Assembly (NCBI GenBank): GCA_036338695.1
Contig: JAYZBQ010000057.1
Coordinates: 1-40,269 of the forward strand
Source: Myxococcota bacterium
GTDB lineage: Bacteria > Myxococcota > UBA4151
Length of the DNA: 40,269 bases
Reading direction: 5' to 3'
Below, piece after piece: positions 39,525 through 40,269 of the stretch. The notes beneath the pieces are model-generated. The model was not told the origin of the DNA and made no database searches. It saw nothing but the letters and a program-made list of their open reading frames with translations. Position 1 is the stretch's first letter. Each line of letters opens with the position of its first letter. A program made the position numbers and the translations under genes.

Positions 39525-39974
39525 ATGAAGTCCCTCATCACACCCATCCTTTGCCTGTTATCGATCGCCTGCGGTCCCCCCGCGCCCGCTGGCGGCGGTG
39601 GCGGAGGAGGCGGCTCAGCCTCGCAGGATGCGGGCACGCCGGCCGACGCCGGAGACACGACGCCGACGCCGACGATCTGTGATCTCCACGAACTCGGTGT
39701 CCTCGCCGGCTGCGTGGGTTGCCACGGTAACGGCGGCGGCGTGTCGATCGACCACAGCAGCCCCCAAGCGCTCTACGACTCGCTGGTGGGCGTGAGCGGC
39801 AACTCGGGCAACGAGTTGGTCGTCTCCGGCGACGCTGACGCAAGCTGGCTCTGGGTCCGTATGAGCGAGCTCAACGGCGAAAGCTCGATGCCGCCAACCG
39901 GCGCGCTCGATGAGACGGTGCGCAACCCGGTGCGCGACTGGATCAACGGCGGTTCACTCGACGAATGCCTGTAA
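39525..39974 (+). CDS. Monoheme c-type cytochrome lipoprotein (copy 2)
   Basis: SIAC lipobox, CVGCH, MPP, DWI; GGAG SD; clear paralog of the upstream gene. Confidence 0.85.
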   Translation: MKSLITPILCLLSIACGPPAPAGGGGGGGGSASQDAGTPADAGDTTPTPTICDLHELGVLAGCVGCHGNGGGVSIDHSSPQALYDSLVGVSGNSGNELVVSGDADASWLWVRMSELNGESSMPPTGALDETVRNPVRDWINGGSLDECL

Positions 39975-40119
39975 ATCTCGCCGCTTGGCGCAAAGCGAAA
40001 GCCGCCAAGGAGCGAACACACTCCATTGTTGCGCAGGCAGCAATTCAGGCCTAACCCCGTGCCGCTGCTCGCGCTCACGATTTGATGCTAGCGTACGGGA
40101 GACGACCGAGGAGGTTCCC

Positions 40120-40269
40120 GTGACGAGCCGTCAAACACACCTGCCCAAAGCGCTCCTGTTCATGGCGCTTTACGGCTGCAGTTCGACCAGTGAGAACACG
40201 CCGGTAGAGCATAGGGATGCCGGCACACAACAAGCCACGGACGCCGGTACGGAGCAGCGTGTGGTGGGC
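40120..40269 (+). CDS. Lipoprotein, partial (runs off the window end)
   Basis: GAGGAGG SD and GTG 40120. My translation MTSRQTHLPKALLFMALYGCSSTSE...DAGT...DAGT shows a lipobox and a DAG linker. Confidence 0.75.
   Translation, partial: MTSRQTHLPKALLFMALYGCSSTSENTPVEHRDAGTQQATDAGTEQRVVG

Noticed and set aside
39984..40056. c-di-GMP-I riboswitch, suggested by GCAAAGC, GAAA and GGCCTAA words
   Set aside because: Order and spacing do not fit the consensus: no GGCAAA...GAAA P1 stem before GCAAAGC, and GGCCTAA is too far downstream.

Overview
About 40 kb of high-GC, gene-dense bacterial chromosome, most consistent with a Myxococcota-like (deltaproteobacterial) lineage. This is inferred from two eukaryote-like Ser/Thr kinases, many Cys-rich and DAG-linker lipoproteins, and a protein with CGDG...CDDGN repeats. 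I found no mobile element, CRISPR array, tRNA or rRNA. Contents in order: an archaeal-type (class II) GAPDH-like gene; kinase 1; a minus-strand block of TPR protein, ftsY, zapA, 6S RNA (ssrS), ygfA, rny, tyrS and a lipoprotein; menH- and menC-like genes plus an enoyl-CoA isomerase; a Spy/CpxP protein with an OmpR-family two-component system; kinase 2; YceI; a hotdog thioesterase; a giant Cys-repeat/RCC1 lipoprotein; ahcY preceded by two uncharacterised genes; an MMPL/RND transporter; a beta-helix lipoprotein; DUF4920; an SDR-type threonine dehydrogenase; three Cys-rich lipoproteins; a fused E1-alpha/beta 2-oxoacid dehydrogenase; guaD; and two tandem monoheme cytochrome c lipoproteins. The most striking observation is in RNase Y. 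It sits in its canonical locus, is full length, and keeps its membrane anchor, coiled coil, KH domain and C-terminal domain, but every metal-binding His/Asp of the HD domain is replaced, so it looks like a preserved pseudo-nuclease. Other leads are the archaeal-type GAPDH, an internally duplicated unknown protein plus an HTH-like protein upstream of ahcY, and the tandem cytochromes with a probable disulfide clamp. All family calls come from motif recognition by eye; no searches were run.
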